Part shown: positions 22,947 through 36,924 of the stretch, in pieces
How positions within the stretch are numbered: position 1 is the first letter of the stretch
Layout of the letters: the number at the start of each line of letters is the position of its first letter
Assembly: GCF_001194135.2 (NCBI RefSeq)
Contig: NC_068982.1
Span: forward strand, 86,011,553-86,075,552
Direction: 5' to 3'
From: Octopus bimaculoides
Lineage: Eukaryota
Length of the DNA stretch: 64,000 nucleotides
Notes under the pieces: model-generated
Told to the model about the DNA's origin: nothing
What the model saw: the letters and a program-made list of their open reading frames with translations, nothing else
Databases searched by the model: none
Position numbers and translations under genes: made by a program

Positions 22947-25900
22947 TGGGTATGGTCCACATTTTGAATGAGATGGTTAGGCCATTTTGTGGCGAAGGAG
23001 ACGTCACCGCTTGGTTGAAAAAATTTAAGTTGGTGGCAAGATTCCACAGTGTAGATGACCTAACCAGTTTCATACCATTGTACCTTGACGGATCGACGTT
23101 GGCATTATACCTGGAAATGGAGGAGAAGGACCAGTTAAGTGTAGAGAAAACAGAAGTCTGGCTGATGGAGGCTTTTACAGAAGGGCCATTTATGGTATAT
23201 GGTCAACTGGGGAAAGCGAAGTGGACAGGTGAATAGGTTGATGTGTTTACCAATGAAATAAGGAGATTAGCCAGACTTGTGAGATACAAAGACAAAGCAC
23301 TGGAACAAACAGTTAAATTAGCATTTGTGACTGGATTTCCTGACCACATGTTGGTCGAACTGCAAAAGCTGCCGAATATTCATTCCATGACATCTTTAGC
23401 AGCGACTGCAGTAATGAGAAGGGGTCAAATAAAGAGTGGTGGAGAGGGGTCGAATAAGGAACATGTGCGACCCTTTAAAGGGCAGGTGTTTTCGGTGTCA
23501 AGGTTCACACATGATGAGAGACTGCAAGGAACCCAGGTCTAGAGTAATTTGCTATCGATGCAGACAAACAGGCTACATTGCTAGTGAATGTGTTCAGGGA
23601 AATGGTCTAAGGGAGACTACTGCGCTGGTAGTTGTCCTGCGGAAAGAATACAGGTGTGTATACAGTCGTTGCCAGTAGTTGATGTCGTGATGGGGGGAAG
23701 GTATCACGAGCCTCCGTGGATAAGGGCTGCTCAACAACCCTAATGACTCAGGAGGTGGTAGAAGAATGGAGTGGAGTGAGTAGTGTAAGGGCTATTGACA
23801 GTATGGAGTTGAATGCAGAGGAAGTAGCGATGTGGAGATGGTGGTACGAGAAATGAGATTGCGATTGTGTACAATCGTAATTGAACGCATGGTGGATGGA
23901 ATTGATGTGGTGATGGGGATGGACGCCATTGTCTGTTTGGGAGGTGACAAGATCAATGAAGCTGGTGTAAAATTTGGTGATGCGAGTGAGAGTGGTGACA
24001 GCTGTGAAGAAACATTTGCTTCACACACCATTACAGACAAGGATTTTCAGGCTGTGTTCAACGGTCGGCAGTGGACAGTGGAATGGTACTGGAAGGGAGA
24101 TCCTCTGATGCTGAAAAATGCAGTAGGCTGCTATCAGTATACTCTGAAAGGGGGTGCCAGAAGCAAGTTCAAGGGAGAGGTGGGTCAAGGAAGGCATTCT
24201 AATCACTTGGAAGGAGGAAGTGGAGAGTGGATGCAGCCGACGAAGCATAAAGTCAGGCCAGTATTAGATTTCTGAGAGCTGAACAACCATATGGGTGGCA
24301 AAGCCATAGACATTTGCAGCGAAACCTTGAGAGAGTGGAGGAAGATGATAGGAGCCTCCACAATCATCGATTTGAAGTCAGCATACCTGCAGCTGCATGT
24401 AGCTGAGAGACTGTGGAAATACCAGCTAGTAAGGTACAAGGGTCAGACATACTGTCTGACCAGGTTGGGATTTGGGCTGAATTCAGCACTGAAGATTATG
24501 GCGATGATTCTCAAAACTATACTGGGAAAGGCGGACAAAGTGAAAAGAGCCACCAATTCCTATATTGATGACGTCCTAGTGGACAAGAGCATAGTGTCGG
24601 CAAAGGAGGTCATAAGCCACCTGTTTTGGGCTAACTACCAAACTACTGGAGGTGATGGAAGGAGGAGCTGTACTGGGACTCAAGCTATGGAGAGACAAGG
24701 CCGATGCGCAGGTGTTTTGGAGAGGGAATGAGATCCCAGAATTGGGCTCCAAGACGAGTAGGCGAGAACTGTTTCCTGTGTGTGGAAAGCTGCTGGGATA
24801 CTACCTGATTGCAGAATGGCTCTAGACAGCATGCAGCTTCATCAAGAGGCGAGCTGAAGGAGTGAGGTGGAATGACAACGTGGGCAAGAAGATAACTGCC
24901 ATTATGTAAGAAGTCTTGGAGAGAGTGACTGCAGAGGACCCAGTAAGAGGAAACTGGTATTTGCCCAAATTGAAGAATGGGATCTTGTGGTGTGATGCTA
25001 GCAGCATAGCAACGGGAGTTGTCCTGGAACTTGGAGGTGTCATGGTGGAGGATGCGGCCTGGCTCAGGAAGAAGGACGACTGCAACCACATCAATGTGGC
25101 GGAGCTGGATACAGTGTGAAAGGGGCTGAACCTGGCTCTGAGATGGGAGTTGCATACCATTGAGATCCAGACTGATTTGGGCACTGTACTTAGATGGGTG
25201 GAATCAGTGGTCACCAGTGAGCAGAAGGTGTAAACTAAAGGGAGCGCAGAGATGCTGATAAGACACAGTTTAGGAATTCTGGGTGAGCTAGCTGCCGTGT
25301 TTGACCTGAGGATGAGTGTGGTTTTTGTGCCCTCTGAGGGGAATATAGCGGATGTACTGACCAGAGTAAAGAAAGCCTGGTTGCAGGTACCAGAGGATCT
25401 GGAGCAAGTAGTGGCTGCTGTGTGTCGACTGAGTGACTTGGAGCTGAGGAGATTGCATACCATGCATCACATGGGGGTGGACAGAACCCTGTTCTGAGCT
25501 AAGAAAGTTGACTCTGCCTGGTCAACTGTGCAGAGAGTGTTTGGGAGCTGTGACAAGTGCTAGTCCATTGATTCTTTTCCAGGTGTGCATGAGGCAGGAA
25601 GCATTCCAGTGGAACAGAACTGGAAATGACAGGCAGTGGATGTGATGCACTAAGGCAGGGGACATACCTCCCAATGGTTGGCTGCAGACGGGGGAAGTTG
25701 GCCATATGGAGGGAGATGAAGATGGGGACCACAGAGGAAATCCCAAGAATACTAAATGAGATATCCCTAGAATGAGGCGCTATGGATGAGCTGCTTGTGG
25801 AAAATGGTACTGTGTTTCACTCAGAGGTGCTGAGGGGAATGCTTGACAAGTGACATGTTAGCCGTTTCTTCAGTGCAGCATACCGGCCAAGTGGCAATGG

Positions 25901-26783
25901 GGTTGTGGAGAGGCATCATCACACCATCAAGACTATAGCAGAGGGGGGGGGCACNNNNNNNNNNCATCATCACACCATCAAGACTATAGCAGAGGGGGGG
26001 GGCACCCCACTGGTCGATGCCATTTTTTGGTATAATATGTCGCCCAGGCTGAGGAATTAGTGCCACACAGGGCAATATTCAAGTATGAGTGGACACATCC
26101 ATGTACCACATCGCCACAACCCACAGAAGAGAAAGAGCATGCCTTTGTGCAGGTCGGGGAAGAAGTCTGGGTTAAACCCCCAAATGTGTGGTGCACATCA
26201 CAATGGGGAAAGGGGATAATAACCTCTGTAAATTCGAAGAACAATGTGCCTGTAGATGGCATGCCATGTCATGTTTTGGATGTGTGTAGGATCATCAATG
26301 TGCCAGTAACGGACAAGAGGACGAAGCCGGCAGCAACATGCCAGGGATTGAGGCCAATCTTGAAGTCCCACAGTAGTTGAAGTCCCACACTGGTTGGCTG
26401 ATTATAAGACAAGTTAAGGTGTGTTGTCAGGGTTGAGGAGAGGGTGTGGGAAGGTTGGTTGAATGATATTCAGATCAGGTGGGGCATGAGGTGTTATGAG
26501 TCAGGCTGTGTTGTAGGAAGACAGGAAGTGAGGGAGTATGCATGTCCTGTTGGAAGTGGGGCCTGTGGGTCCCACCGGAAGGGCTGTGGCATGCATGTGG
26601 GGTCGGCGAGGCGTGAGCGATCAGTTGGCAGTGGGCAGCATATGAGAGCAAACCTGTTAAACAGTACAGCGGCAGACAGGGCATGTGGACGTTGTGAGTG
26701 ACCCTCCAGATAGACAGGTAAGACTAGCATAATTCTCTCTCTGCTTCCGTTTTTTTCCTCCTTCACATCACAATTATTTAACA
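22947..26783 (+). mobile_element. Ty3/Gypsy LTR retrotransposon, decayed gag-pol; 5' end lost in gap
   Basis: Gag with two CCHC-like knuckles (CFRCQGSHMMRDC, CYRCRQTGYIASEC), protease region, RT (IDLKSAY...FGLNSA...YIDDVL), RNase H (CDASS), integrase (HHMGVDRT), VGEEVWVKP; PPT gaggagaggg before the LTR. Confidence 0.9.
26445..26783 (+). repeat. Probable 3' LTR (~339 bp)
   Basis: Starts TGT right after the polypurine tract and ends ...tatttaACA; the mate LTR is not visible. Confidence 0.55.
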
Positions 26784-27172
26784 AGGTTGACAGGCATTAA
26801 TGTTGGAGATAGTATTCATTGTAAATTCAATGAATATCCACCCTAAACATGTGATTGCTGATGCCAAGTGAGTATGTGTGTGTGAGTGTGTACTTGTGTG
26901 TTTGTTTGTCATTTGAATTTTTCCTACAAGGAAGTAAATGGTTTCCATCGATGAAAGAAAGCTATATCCCTAGAATTTAGAGAACAAAAATGATAGGTAT
27001 TACATGTACATACATATACATGTATGTATGCATGTATCTTTAGGGACAGCTCTACTGATGAGGAACTGCCCTGTACAGCCCCCAACTCACTTCCTCCAGC
27101 AAATGTGTATGGGAGAATGAGATTCATGGTGGTGGAGGGAAAATAATTTAGTGACTCAGAAAGATGATCAAA

Positions 27173-27218
<46 letters not shown>

Positions 27219-27261
27219 TATATTATTTATTTGATATTTATATAATATATTATGTATTATT

Positions 27262-27308
<47 letters not shown>

Positions 27309-27842
27309 GTGAGAGAGTTAGGGGTTGGGGGTTCAANNNNNNNNNNNNNNNNNNNNNNNNNNNNNNNNNNNNNNNNNNNNNNNNNNNNNNNNNNNNNNNN
27401 NNNNNNNNNNNNNNNNNNNNNNNNNNNNNNNNNNNNNNNNNNNNNNNNNNNNNNNNNNNNNNNNNNNNNNNNNNNNNNNNNNNNNNNNNNNNNNNNNNNN
27501 NNNNNNNNNNNNNNNNNNNNNNNNNNNNNNNNNNNNNNNNNNNNNNNNNNNNNNNNNNNNNNNNNNNNNNNNNNNNNNNNNNNNNNNNNNNNNNNNNNNN
27601 NNNNNNNNNNNNNNNNNNNNNNNNNNNNNNNNNNNNNNNNNNNNNNNNNNNNNNNNNNNNNNNNNNNNNNNNNNNNNNNNNNNNNNNNNNNNNNNNNNNN
27701 NNNNNNNNNNNNNNNNNNNNNNNNNNNNNNNNNNNNNNNNNNNNNNNNNNNNNNNNNNNNNNNNNNNNNNNNNNNNNNNNNNNNNNNNNNNNNNNNNNNN
27801 NNNNNNNNNNNNNNNNNNNNNNNNNNNNNNNNNNNNNNNNNN

Positions 27843-27874
<32 letters not shown>

Positions 27875-28059
27875 AAGGTTATGAAGGGTATTGGAGTAAA
27901 CCAAACCCTAAAGATACAGGTAATACCGAATAAGTGCTGTATACCGACTAGTTTTGCCACTTTCATTGTAGCAACATGAGTGGGGAATATAACATAGGTC
28001 GTGTATTAGCGTGTGTATGTATAAAGAAAGAAAAGGATAAAGAGTCCAATGGCAAAGTT

Positions 28060-29500
28060 AGAATTATATTTTATGTATAAAGTCTTACAGCTGTTTCAGG
28101 GAAAATCCAATGTATCCCTTCATCGGAGACGGTAATAGTAGAAGAAAGGATTATTGCATCTATAAGAGGATATTTGTAGTAAGAAGTGAGAGCGATGCGC
28201 AGAAGAAAGAACAAAGAAGAAACAGTACTTGGAGTATAGTTCCATTCCAGCATTAAACATCCATGTAAAGAATCCTTGCAGGTATTTTCCGGAGATAATT
28301 GTAGTAGCAAAGGTGGATATATATCATATCGAATCCAGAATACTCTGTGCGTTGTTTATTCAAAGGATAGCCCAAATCGAGGGAGAGATGTGTGTAGGAT
28401 TAAGAGGTCAAGCCTTAAGACAGGAAGAAAGGGGGGAAGAGGTAATTCAAGTGAGAAATATGGTTGATAGTACTATATATATAGGCATATAGGTTAGTGG
28501 TAAAAGAAAATGAAGGTGGCTTCCAAGCTGTGCTTGTGAAGTAGGTTCCCTAGAATCAAATCCTAAATGTCTCATAGTTTGTTGTAATTAGCAAGAGAAT
28601 ATGAGGATTTACCATTTCAAAATTGCACCCACTGATTATTTTACCTATTTCAAAACTTATTCTCAGTAAAAGTGCAGTATTTGTATGACTGTAAGTGATG
28701 GTCTAGCATTTATAGCAATTATGAGTGTTCTAGTGTCAGGTTGTTCAAGTTTAGTAGGGGGAATGCAATAAATGCAATGGTGTCATTTTGCTGTTGAAGG
28801 GGACATGATTAACATGACCCCCATCAGAGTATGTTTAAAGGTTTCTGTTCATGGAGTCAGGGTACATTTGGTATGATTGCCTAGCAGGTGCAGAGATAAA
28901 AATGGTCCATGATAACTAGAGTTATCTTGAAAAGTGATAGCGTGGATTTGGGGTGTTTATGTATTGGTCAGAGAAGTTTGTAAGAGATAAAACTAGATGA
29001 GGCAGAGAGTTGAGGGTTGCAAAAGTTTTGGTTTCTGTGTTGGCAGCATCAGTATGAAAAGAAAAGCAAAGAAGGGCACTAAAATTACCAAAAGTCATGA
29101 CTTTCAAGAGAGGTGAAGTGAAAAAGATGTTCTCAGTGTAGGAATAAACATGGTCAAACAACTGTTGGTGGTTGGAAGAGTTTGGAGAATAATAACAGAA
29201 GCAGATGTATTGGGAATTAGAGAGGGAGAATTTGCTACTGATAATTCAAATGAAAGAAATTAGTATCAGGGAGAATAGGATCTTTACATGTGTAGATGCC
29301 ATATCAGAGTGAGAGTTGAGTAAAGAGTGTAGGCTAGACAACAAAAATATAGATGAGGTTGAGAGATTTGTATCTCAAAGAAGAATAGGATATGTGGTTT
29401 GTTTGTTTGTTAGAAGTGAGGCATAGAGTATAAGTTGGCTTGGAGTTAATACATGTTAGAAAAAAAGAGGGAGAATTATTCATCAAGTTTAGTTTGAGTG
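28060..29500 (-). mobile_element. Highly decayed Penelope-like element with terminal hammerhead
   Basis: Minus-strand CIYCI (GIY-like) near 28770 and thumb-like remnants at 29250-29400; hammerhead in sense orientation at the 3' end. Confidence 0.5.
28082..28130 (-). ncRNA. Near-complete minimal type-I hammerhead ribozyme
   Basis: GTCT-CCGATGA-AGGG(14-nt loop)CCCT-GAAAC-AGCT-GTA-AGAC: stems I and II perfectly paired, palindromic stem III ACAGCTGT, GUA cleavage triplet; one core deviation (U4C). Confidence 0.75.
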
Positions 29501-29544
29501 AATGTAAAAAACAATATTTGTATTGTGGTCAATGCAAGGTTTGC

Positions 29545-29878
29545 TTGACTGGCTCCTGTGCCAGTGGCATGTAAAAAGCACCATCTGATCATGGCTGATG
29601 CCAGTGCCCCCTGACTGGCTCCTGTGTCAGTGGCATGTAAAAAGCACTATCTGAACATGATCGATGCCAGGTCTGCCTGACTGGCTCCTGTGCTAGTGGC
29701 ATGTAAAAAGCACCCATTACACTCTTGGAGTGGTTGGTGCTAGGAAGGGCATCTAGCTGTAGAAACATTGCCAGATCAGATTAGAGCCTGGTGCAGCCGC
29801 TGGCTCTCCAGACCTCAGTCAAACCGTCCAACCCATACCAGCATGGAAAACGGAAGTTAAACTATGATGATGATGATG
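29545..29878 (+). mobile_element. RTE 3' UTR fragment with three 66-bp tandem units
   Basis: gactggctcctgtg..agtggcatgtaaaaagcac at 29547, 29613 and 29679, then the family tail and (GAT)n. Confidence 0.85.
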
Positions 29879-30331
29879 GGAGTAATATTTGCATACAGCT
29901 GCTTTTGTATATAGCTGTATTTCTGGCAACATGTACAGAGGCACTGATATACCCAGCCAAGTTTAAGTTTTGTACTCAGCTAAGGATATATGAATAATCT
30001 GTAATAATATAAACCCTTACAAGCACACATGCACACATAAAACTTTTTTTAATTATCATGAAAACCCAATGCTAGTGAGATAAAGTTATTTGAACTGATT
30101 CATGTGCTGAGTGTATAAGAATATGTTTTCTCTACTAAGAATACAAACAAACGCTTCCTAGTAAAAATTTAAGAGACCGTCTTAACATAAATAAATAAAA
30201 CATATTTTTGTGCTAATGATGATGATATTCACAATAGATGATGTAAGCTAAGAAAGAAAATTGAAAAACTTGTTTTTAGCTTAAAATAATAAATGGACAT
30301 TGCTTTGGAGATGAAAGAAAATTTATATAGA

Positions 30332-30364
<33 letters not shown>

Positions 30365-31149
30365 CATTCACAAGCACATACACATATCTTTTTACATAAC
30401 TATACATAAACATTTTTTTGAAATGGAAAATGTCTGAAAAAATTTTGATGCACTGAAAGTTATATCTATTTTTAATTTCTCAGCAACAAATATACAATTA
30501 TATAAAATAAAAAGAACACTATTATCTATGTGAATGGGTGCACATGCATATTTGCTTAATGGATATAAACATAAGTAGATTTAATGCGCCAATAACTTAA
30601 ACCTACAAAAGAAAAGTTCTACACCTTATTCTAACATTCAAAAATATTTTTTCTCAGATTATTGAATAAAGGAATGAGTGAATGACTAAATAAAATAGGT
30701 TAAATAAAAAACGTTTACCTTTTACAAGGGTAAATTTTTTAATAAAAGCTATAACTTATTAACCATAGAAAAATATCTGTATATGCAAATAGAAATATTT
30801 ATTATTAATATATTCTCCTTACATACATTAACCTAAAATTATAGTAGTCCTAATATAAGTCTATTTAAAGGAGTAATGGGAAAAGTGGCAATAACAGAGA
30901 AGAGTTCTGTAAAATTATAAAAGTGGCAAACTCATTTGCCACTCAAATACATGCGAATACTATAATGGAATAAATAAGATAAATTTAGGAATCTGCTATG
31001 CAGGCATGCTCCATCCTGTTACATGCATAAGATGTGGTCGAGACAGGTGCAGCTAATATCTACATCTGCACATGAAATGTCTGATCACAAAGCTAGCAGA
31101 CAGTCTAAGGCTGCATTAACACAACTAGAGATGATGTTCAGAAATATAC

Positions 31150-31218
31150 CTCCATCATTTTGGCAGCAGATGCCATCGCAATACTTGTAGCTGTTAATGC
31201 TTTGAAACGGTGAGTGTT
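31150..31218 (-). CDS. Candidate further host exon E (69 nt, phase 0-0)
   Basis: Polypyrimidine acceptor ttttgattttgtacactctcag|AAC, donor GAG|gtatat. Open frame NTHRFKALTATSIAMASAAKMME is phase-compatible with exon D, but I recognise no homology. Confidence 0.45.
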
Positions 31219-32299
31219 CTGAGAGTGTACAAAATCAAAAGTATAAAGGAATAAATAAGATAATATTCATTTGAAATTAAATATTTATAAGACATTTGTA
31301 GCATCAGGATTTTTCTTTTTCCTGTTTAATAACATTAGACAAGAAACAATTCATACAAGAGATACATTTAACAAATATTTCAAACTATATTGTATAGGAA
31401 CATATGTATATATCTGTATACATACATAATCTAAACCACTATGAAAACAGAAAAAAAAAAGAAAAAAAAAGATTTTAGCAATGAAAGAAACACTGAGAAA
31501 CTTGACTTTGTATGAAATCAAGTTACGATCACATATATCCTACAAAATGATATATAATCTAACACTTCTCAGCATTATATGCTATTAGAATACTGAATTC
31601 CTATCATTATATGAAAGAAAGACAAATACAACAAACTTATATTCAATAATGAACAAATCATATATTTGCGTTTCGAGCAAAAGCAAAGAATTTTAGTGAA
31701 AAATAAAGGTGTTGCAAGAATAAAACAAACTCAGAAGGTAGAATATGAGCTAGAAGATAAAAATATTTACACATAATTAAATATAATTTTGGCAAAAAGT
31801 TTACATTCAAAATAATTTTGACTCAATGTTACAACAGAAGAAATGAAAATTAAAAAAATCAACCAAGTTTTTTTTTATTAATGGTACATAGTTTATCGAT
31901 TTTGAAGGAATGAAAGGCAAAGTCAACTTTGGTGGAAATTGAACTCACTATGTAAAGGGACATAACTAAATATCACAAACTATATTAGGCACTCTACTGT
32001 TCTTTATCGCCATCAAAAAGAATATGATTTATAAAACTAAGGGAATGGATGGAAACTTTTTTTCTTATGATATGATGACTGAAACTGTAATTATTTATTT
32101 ATTTATATTCTAGTCCATGGGAAAAGTGTTCCTAGCCTTTTCTCAAACTGATGAGGTCTAAACTTAAGCATTAAGACCAGTGTATAGAAAAATGTAGAAG
32201 AAAGGAGTTTCCAGATAGATACAGTTCTTAGGGAAAGCATTTAGTATTGCAGTTTGGCTAAAATATAGAAGAAATGATGAAAGGTGAGTGATTAAGAAA

Positions 32300-32900
32300 C
32301 TATAATGGCTAGCCAGTTCAGGAAATCAGGGACTGTTAAGCTATTCACAGAAGAGGCAGAGAGAAGGTACATGTCTACGTATTAATGAAAATAATGCATT
32401 AGTGAGCAATTTCAATACTGCTCATAGTGGATAAATTTACCAGAGGATTCTCATACTAGATATGTTCAAAGGATTTACTGAAGTTGACACGGTATTGTGT
32501 TCGCCAAAGTTTTCAAGGCAAAAGACCACTAATATATGGTACAAAAAAGCAGGTGGTTGATGGCAGATGGATGGATGGACAGACAGATGGATGTTCTCCT
32601 TTTTTAATTATTTGAAATATTCCTGCAAGGAAGGAACTGGTTTCTGACAATGATAGTGTAGTGAGACATTGTGGCATATTGAATATATTAAACTGATATA
32701 GGCTCAGCACATTAATCTGTAATGATTGGTTGTTTTACTTATCATGTGAGTTTTGAACATTGGTTGAGTCCTGTGCTGCAACTTGTTGAATATTGTGCAG
32801 GATTTACATTGAAGATTCAATCATGTTGTGCATAATATATTCTCAAAGAACTAATCTATATGTGCTCTGGAGTATCCTTTTTTCTATAAATTGGTGTGAC
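32300..32900 (+). mobile_element. Very old Gypsy integrase remnant
   Basis: Only an ELVSDN-like motif near 32635-32652 and weak flanking similarity. Confidence 0.35.
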
Positions 32901-33379
32901 TCATTATCTACAAGCAGAGGGGTGAGTGATTTTCATGAAGGCAAGTTATGTTGATTCCCTGCCATTATTCACCAGAGTAAAATTAATATAATGGAGCACA
33001 TGTAACCAACAATGATCCAAGCTGAATTACCCAAACAATGAATGAACTACAACCATCAGAATTTGTGATATTTCTTTCTTGATCCACTGTACTACTTTAG
33101 AGGAATAAGGTCTTGCTGTTATTTCTAAAGTTCATTTCTTGCATTACTTCCATGAGTGAACATGCAACATATATTTTATATTGGTATGCATGATTCAGTA
33201 GTAAAACCAAGGGAGACTTTAGACTTACCGCAAAAATTGGTGACCCTGAATGAATGATTGATGAACCATCATATAAACTGATGACCTTGCTTGACAACCA
33301 TCCTATACAATAATTCAGTGCATATAAACAGTGAAGATCAAGTACACTTTCCACCAATGAACATCCTATAAATCCTGAA

Positions 33380-36300
33380 TGATTATTGATGCTCAGTTGT
33401 CTCAATTATTGTTACACACCATGCATAAAAATCTTTTCCATTGAGAAATTCAAATGTAGAACTTTTATTGCAGATTTTATACTTTCAATTATTTGGAGTG
33501 CCAGAATCTCTGGTGTCCAAGTATTACTACCTCCCTCTACTATTGTGGACTTCAAAGAATCGCTTTGCTTGGCTTGAAATAGCAGTTAAATCTGCCAGCA
33601 GGACATTTCGAGTTGAGTAATTGCCAGCTGTTGTCTTTCTTTGAAATTTATATCCTGTAATCAAATGCAATATGACATCTTCTCCAGTCCCTTCCATTTC
33701 TTCTAACATGTCTGATGCCAGCAGCCATATTGTTTGTTTCCCCACCATTCACAGCAGACCTGGCCATCTGGTTTTCTCCACTAAGTGCAAATTTTGCAAC
33801 TAACAAAATTACTTCCAGCACTAGACAATTTCACTTGTTAGTTAGCATATTACCACTTGCCTTAAGCAGTGAGATTAAAGCCCTCATCACCACCCATCAT
33901 ATCAACATATGAAGAAAGAAATTCTGAAGTGCACCTCCACATCAAAACAAAAACGATTTCATCAGCTCCTTTGTATAGAAATTTTAAGAGATAAACACCC
34001 ATCACAACTGCTCCGATGTATGTGTGATTTAGTAGGGAGCAATCCTCTGGACAAGGGCATTTTACAGCAACTTTTCTTTTCCCACCTATCCACTAACATG
34101 CAAGCAATTTTAACAATTATAAGGGAGCAGTGTTCCATTCAACAGTTAGAAGACTCAGCCGATGGTATAATGGACATCTCCTTAACTTCAAGTGGTGCAG
34201 AAAATTATCCTTTCATTTCATCACTATCTTCTGAATTAGCTTCTTTTTTCGCAAAGTTGTTGACGAAAAAGTCCAAAATATTACTGACCAAATTAATCAT
34301 TTATGGTTTCCTACTTCCAGTCTGCATGCAAGACCTCACAGACGTTCATTTTCTAGATGTCATAGTACAAGCACTAGCAGGGAGTGGGCATCATTTTGGA
34401 ATTCATGCACATAAGTGTACTTCCCTGTGTGCCTTTACTCCAGTTATCCAATGCCAAGAAAACTCCTTTACCAGAGATTACACATGACTACATCTCTGGA
34501 AAGACCATCAACTTGTGAGTTTTTTTTATTTATGATACCAATTCCAAGCAGCATTTGTCGGTAGACACAGGAGCAGTATTTGGCCTGGAGTTTATTGACT
34601 GATTCATAGAGACCAACGGCCATTATCTTACAAACAGTAAATCACTTCCCAATTCATACCTTTGGTGAAAAATCATTTACCTTGGATATAAATCTGTGAT
34701 GTCAATTTTGATGGGTTTTTATGGTTGCAGACTTACCTTACCTGATTCTTAGTACAGATTTTGCACCATTTTAAACTTTTGGTCAATTTAAGAAATAAGC
34801 AACCCATTGACCATTGACTCAAAAACTCATCTCTCTACATAAGGTATGTTTTCCAGCCCTTCAACTGTCATTCCACTTTTTTTTTGTTCCATCTAATCAT
34901 TTCCATTAACTTTTATTAAAATTTCTGGATATACCTTGGACTGTTTTTCACAATGAGACTCTAGTGCATACAGTGACACACCATATTATTACCAAAGGAC
35001 CACTTGTCATGTATTGTTCCAGGCATCTTGCCACAAACAAACTTAAAGTAGCTAAAGAGGAATTTAGTCACATGTTGGATCTTGGTATAATTCGTCCTTC
35101 TAGCAATAATTGGTCATTTCCCTTACACCTTGTACCTAAAAAGGCAGATTTGCAACCTTGTGGAGATTATCAACGTTTAAATGCTTTAACAGTACAAGAT
35201 AAATATCCTATTACTCATATTCATGATTTTTCTGCATCATTATATGGCAGTACTATCATTTTGAAGTTCAATTTAGTGTGTGCATACAACCAGATTTCAA
35301 TTGATCCCTAAGACTACTTTAATTATTCCCTTTGGTTTGTTCAAATTCAAATGCCTTTTGGCCTATGTAATGCTACTAATATTTTTCAGAGATTTTTATT
35401 GAAGTCCCACATGGTCTAGATTTTGTTTTCACTTACATTGATGACTTAATGATAGCCATTTCCACAGAAGAGGAACATGTACTTAATTTAAAACAACTTT
35501 TTACTCAACTATCACAATATGGTGTGATAATTAATGCAAATAAATGTGTTTTTGGTGTTTCTTCCATCACTTTTCTGGGACATGTAATTGATAAAGATGG
35601 AATAAGTCCATTACAGGAGAAGATTGGTGCTAGTTGTATTATTCCAGTTCCTTCTTCTCCAACAAAGTTATGAGAATTTCTCAGTTTAACTTCTATAGAA
35701 GATTTATTCCACATTTTACTAAGACAATTTTCCCCCTCACGTAATAGAAGAAAGGAAAATGAACCTGTATCATTAAATTCTACTAAACTCCAAGCTTTTG
35801 AGGATATTAAGGACAAGTTTTGAAGAGTTATACTTTTGGCTCACCCTGTTCCAGATGCACCCTTATCATTAATGGTTGATGCATCAAATGTAGGAACTGG
35901 CAGAGTTTTGCAAGTTTGTTCTAAATGCTTGGCAATCCCATGCTTTTTCCCCAATACCTCAAACCAGCAGAGTCAAGGTAGAGCACATTTAATATAGAAC
36001 TTTTGGCTGCTTATTTAGCTATGAAATATTTCCAACACTTTCTTGAGGAGCAACAATTTACAGTTTTTACTGATCATAAACCATTGACTTTTGCTCTACA
36101 ACTAAAAACAAATATTTGCCCAGAGACTTACGACATTTGGATTTCATTTCACAATACACTGTTGATATTTGTTACATCAAGGGTGCAGATAATTCTGCAG
36201 CTGATACCTTATCTAGCCTACATATTATTAATGCTTTACATATGCCAAATTCCATTGACTTGCAGCAAATTGCATTGAATCAATAACAAGATGACAAATA

Positions 36301-36700
36301 TTTGCATCTTCACTTGTTGGACTCACCTTCTTTAGACCTCTGTTTACTACCACTACATTTTACAGACTCTTCTATTTGATGTGATGTTTCTACCAGTTTT
36401 TCCAGACCTTACATTCCTAAGATTCATAGACAAATGTTTTATTTTTTTTTTGTTCTTTATAATCTATCTCATCCTGGTATTTCAGCAACAGCAAAATTAA
36501 TTTCAAGTGGTTTCATGCGACCCTGTATGCAAAAAGATATTCTTAATTGGATGTGCACTTGTATATCATACCAGAAAGCTAAAGTTCACCGCCATATACA
36601 AGGCACCTTTGGGCCCTTTTGCTACTCCAGACGCATGTTCTAAACATATCCACATATTGTGAGACTCTTGCCACCAGTTCAAGATAATATATATTTACAT
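33380..36700 (+). mobile_element. Ty3/Gypsy gag-pol relic (second family)
   Basis: Gag KKEILKCTS.SKQKRFHQLL...DKHPSQLLR; protease VDTGA (~34560); [17 protein letters not shown]...CGDYQRLN; RNase H; integrase SHPGISAT...CTCISYQKAKVHRH. Confidence 0.9.
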
Positions 36701-36839
36701 ATATATGTATGATTTCTTTAGGATTTACTTAAGCCTTTTTCATTTGGAGAATTCAAGCTGGTCACTAACCAAGTGGCAAGGCTCTTTTGTTTTAGTTAAG
36801 ATAGGTGTCAGGGGTTTGTGGGTCATCTTACTTAATTGA

Positions 36840-36877
<38 letters not shown>

Positions 36878-36924
36878 TAAAAATAAATACAAAAAAGGGA
36901 TTTTGTATGATCGTGTATAGAGGA

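Noticed and set aside
25914-26005. ~40-bp tandem duplication in the Gypsy integrase
   Set aside because: Flanks a 10-N gap next to a G homopolymer; assembly artefact.
27055-27110. CTGATGA as another hammerhead core
   Set aside because: No GAAA box follows a closable stem II.
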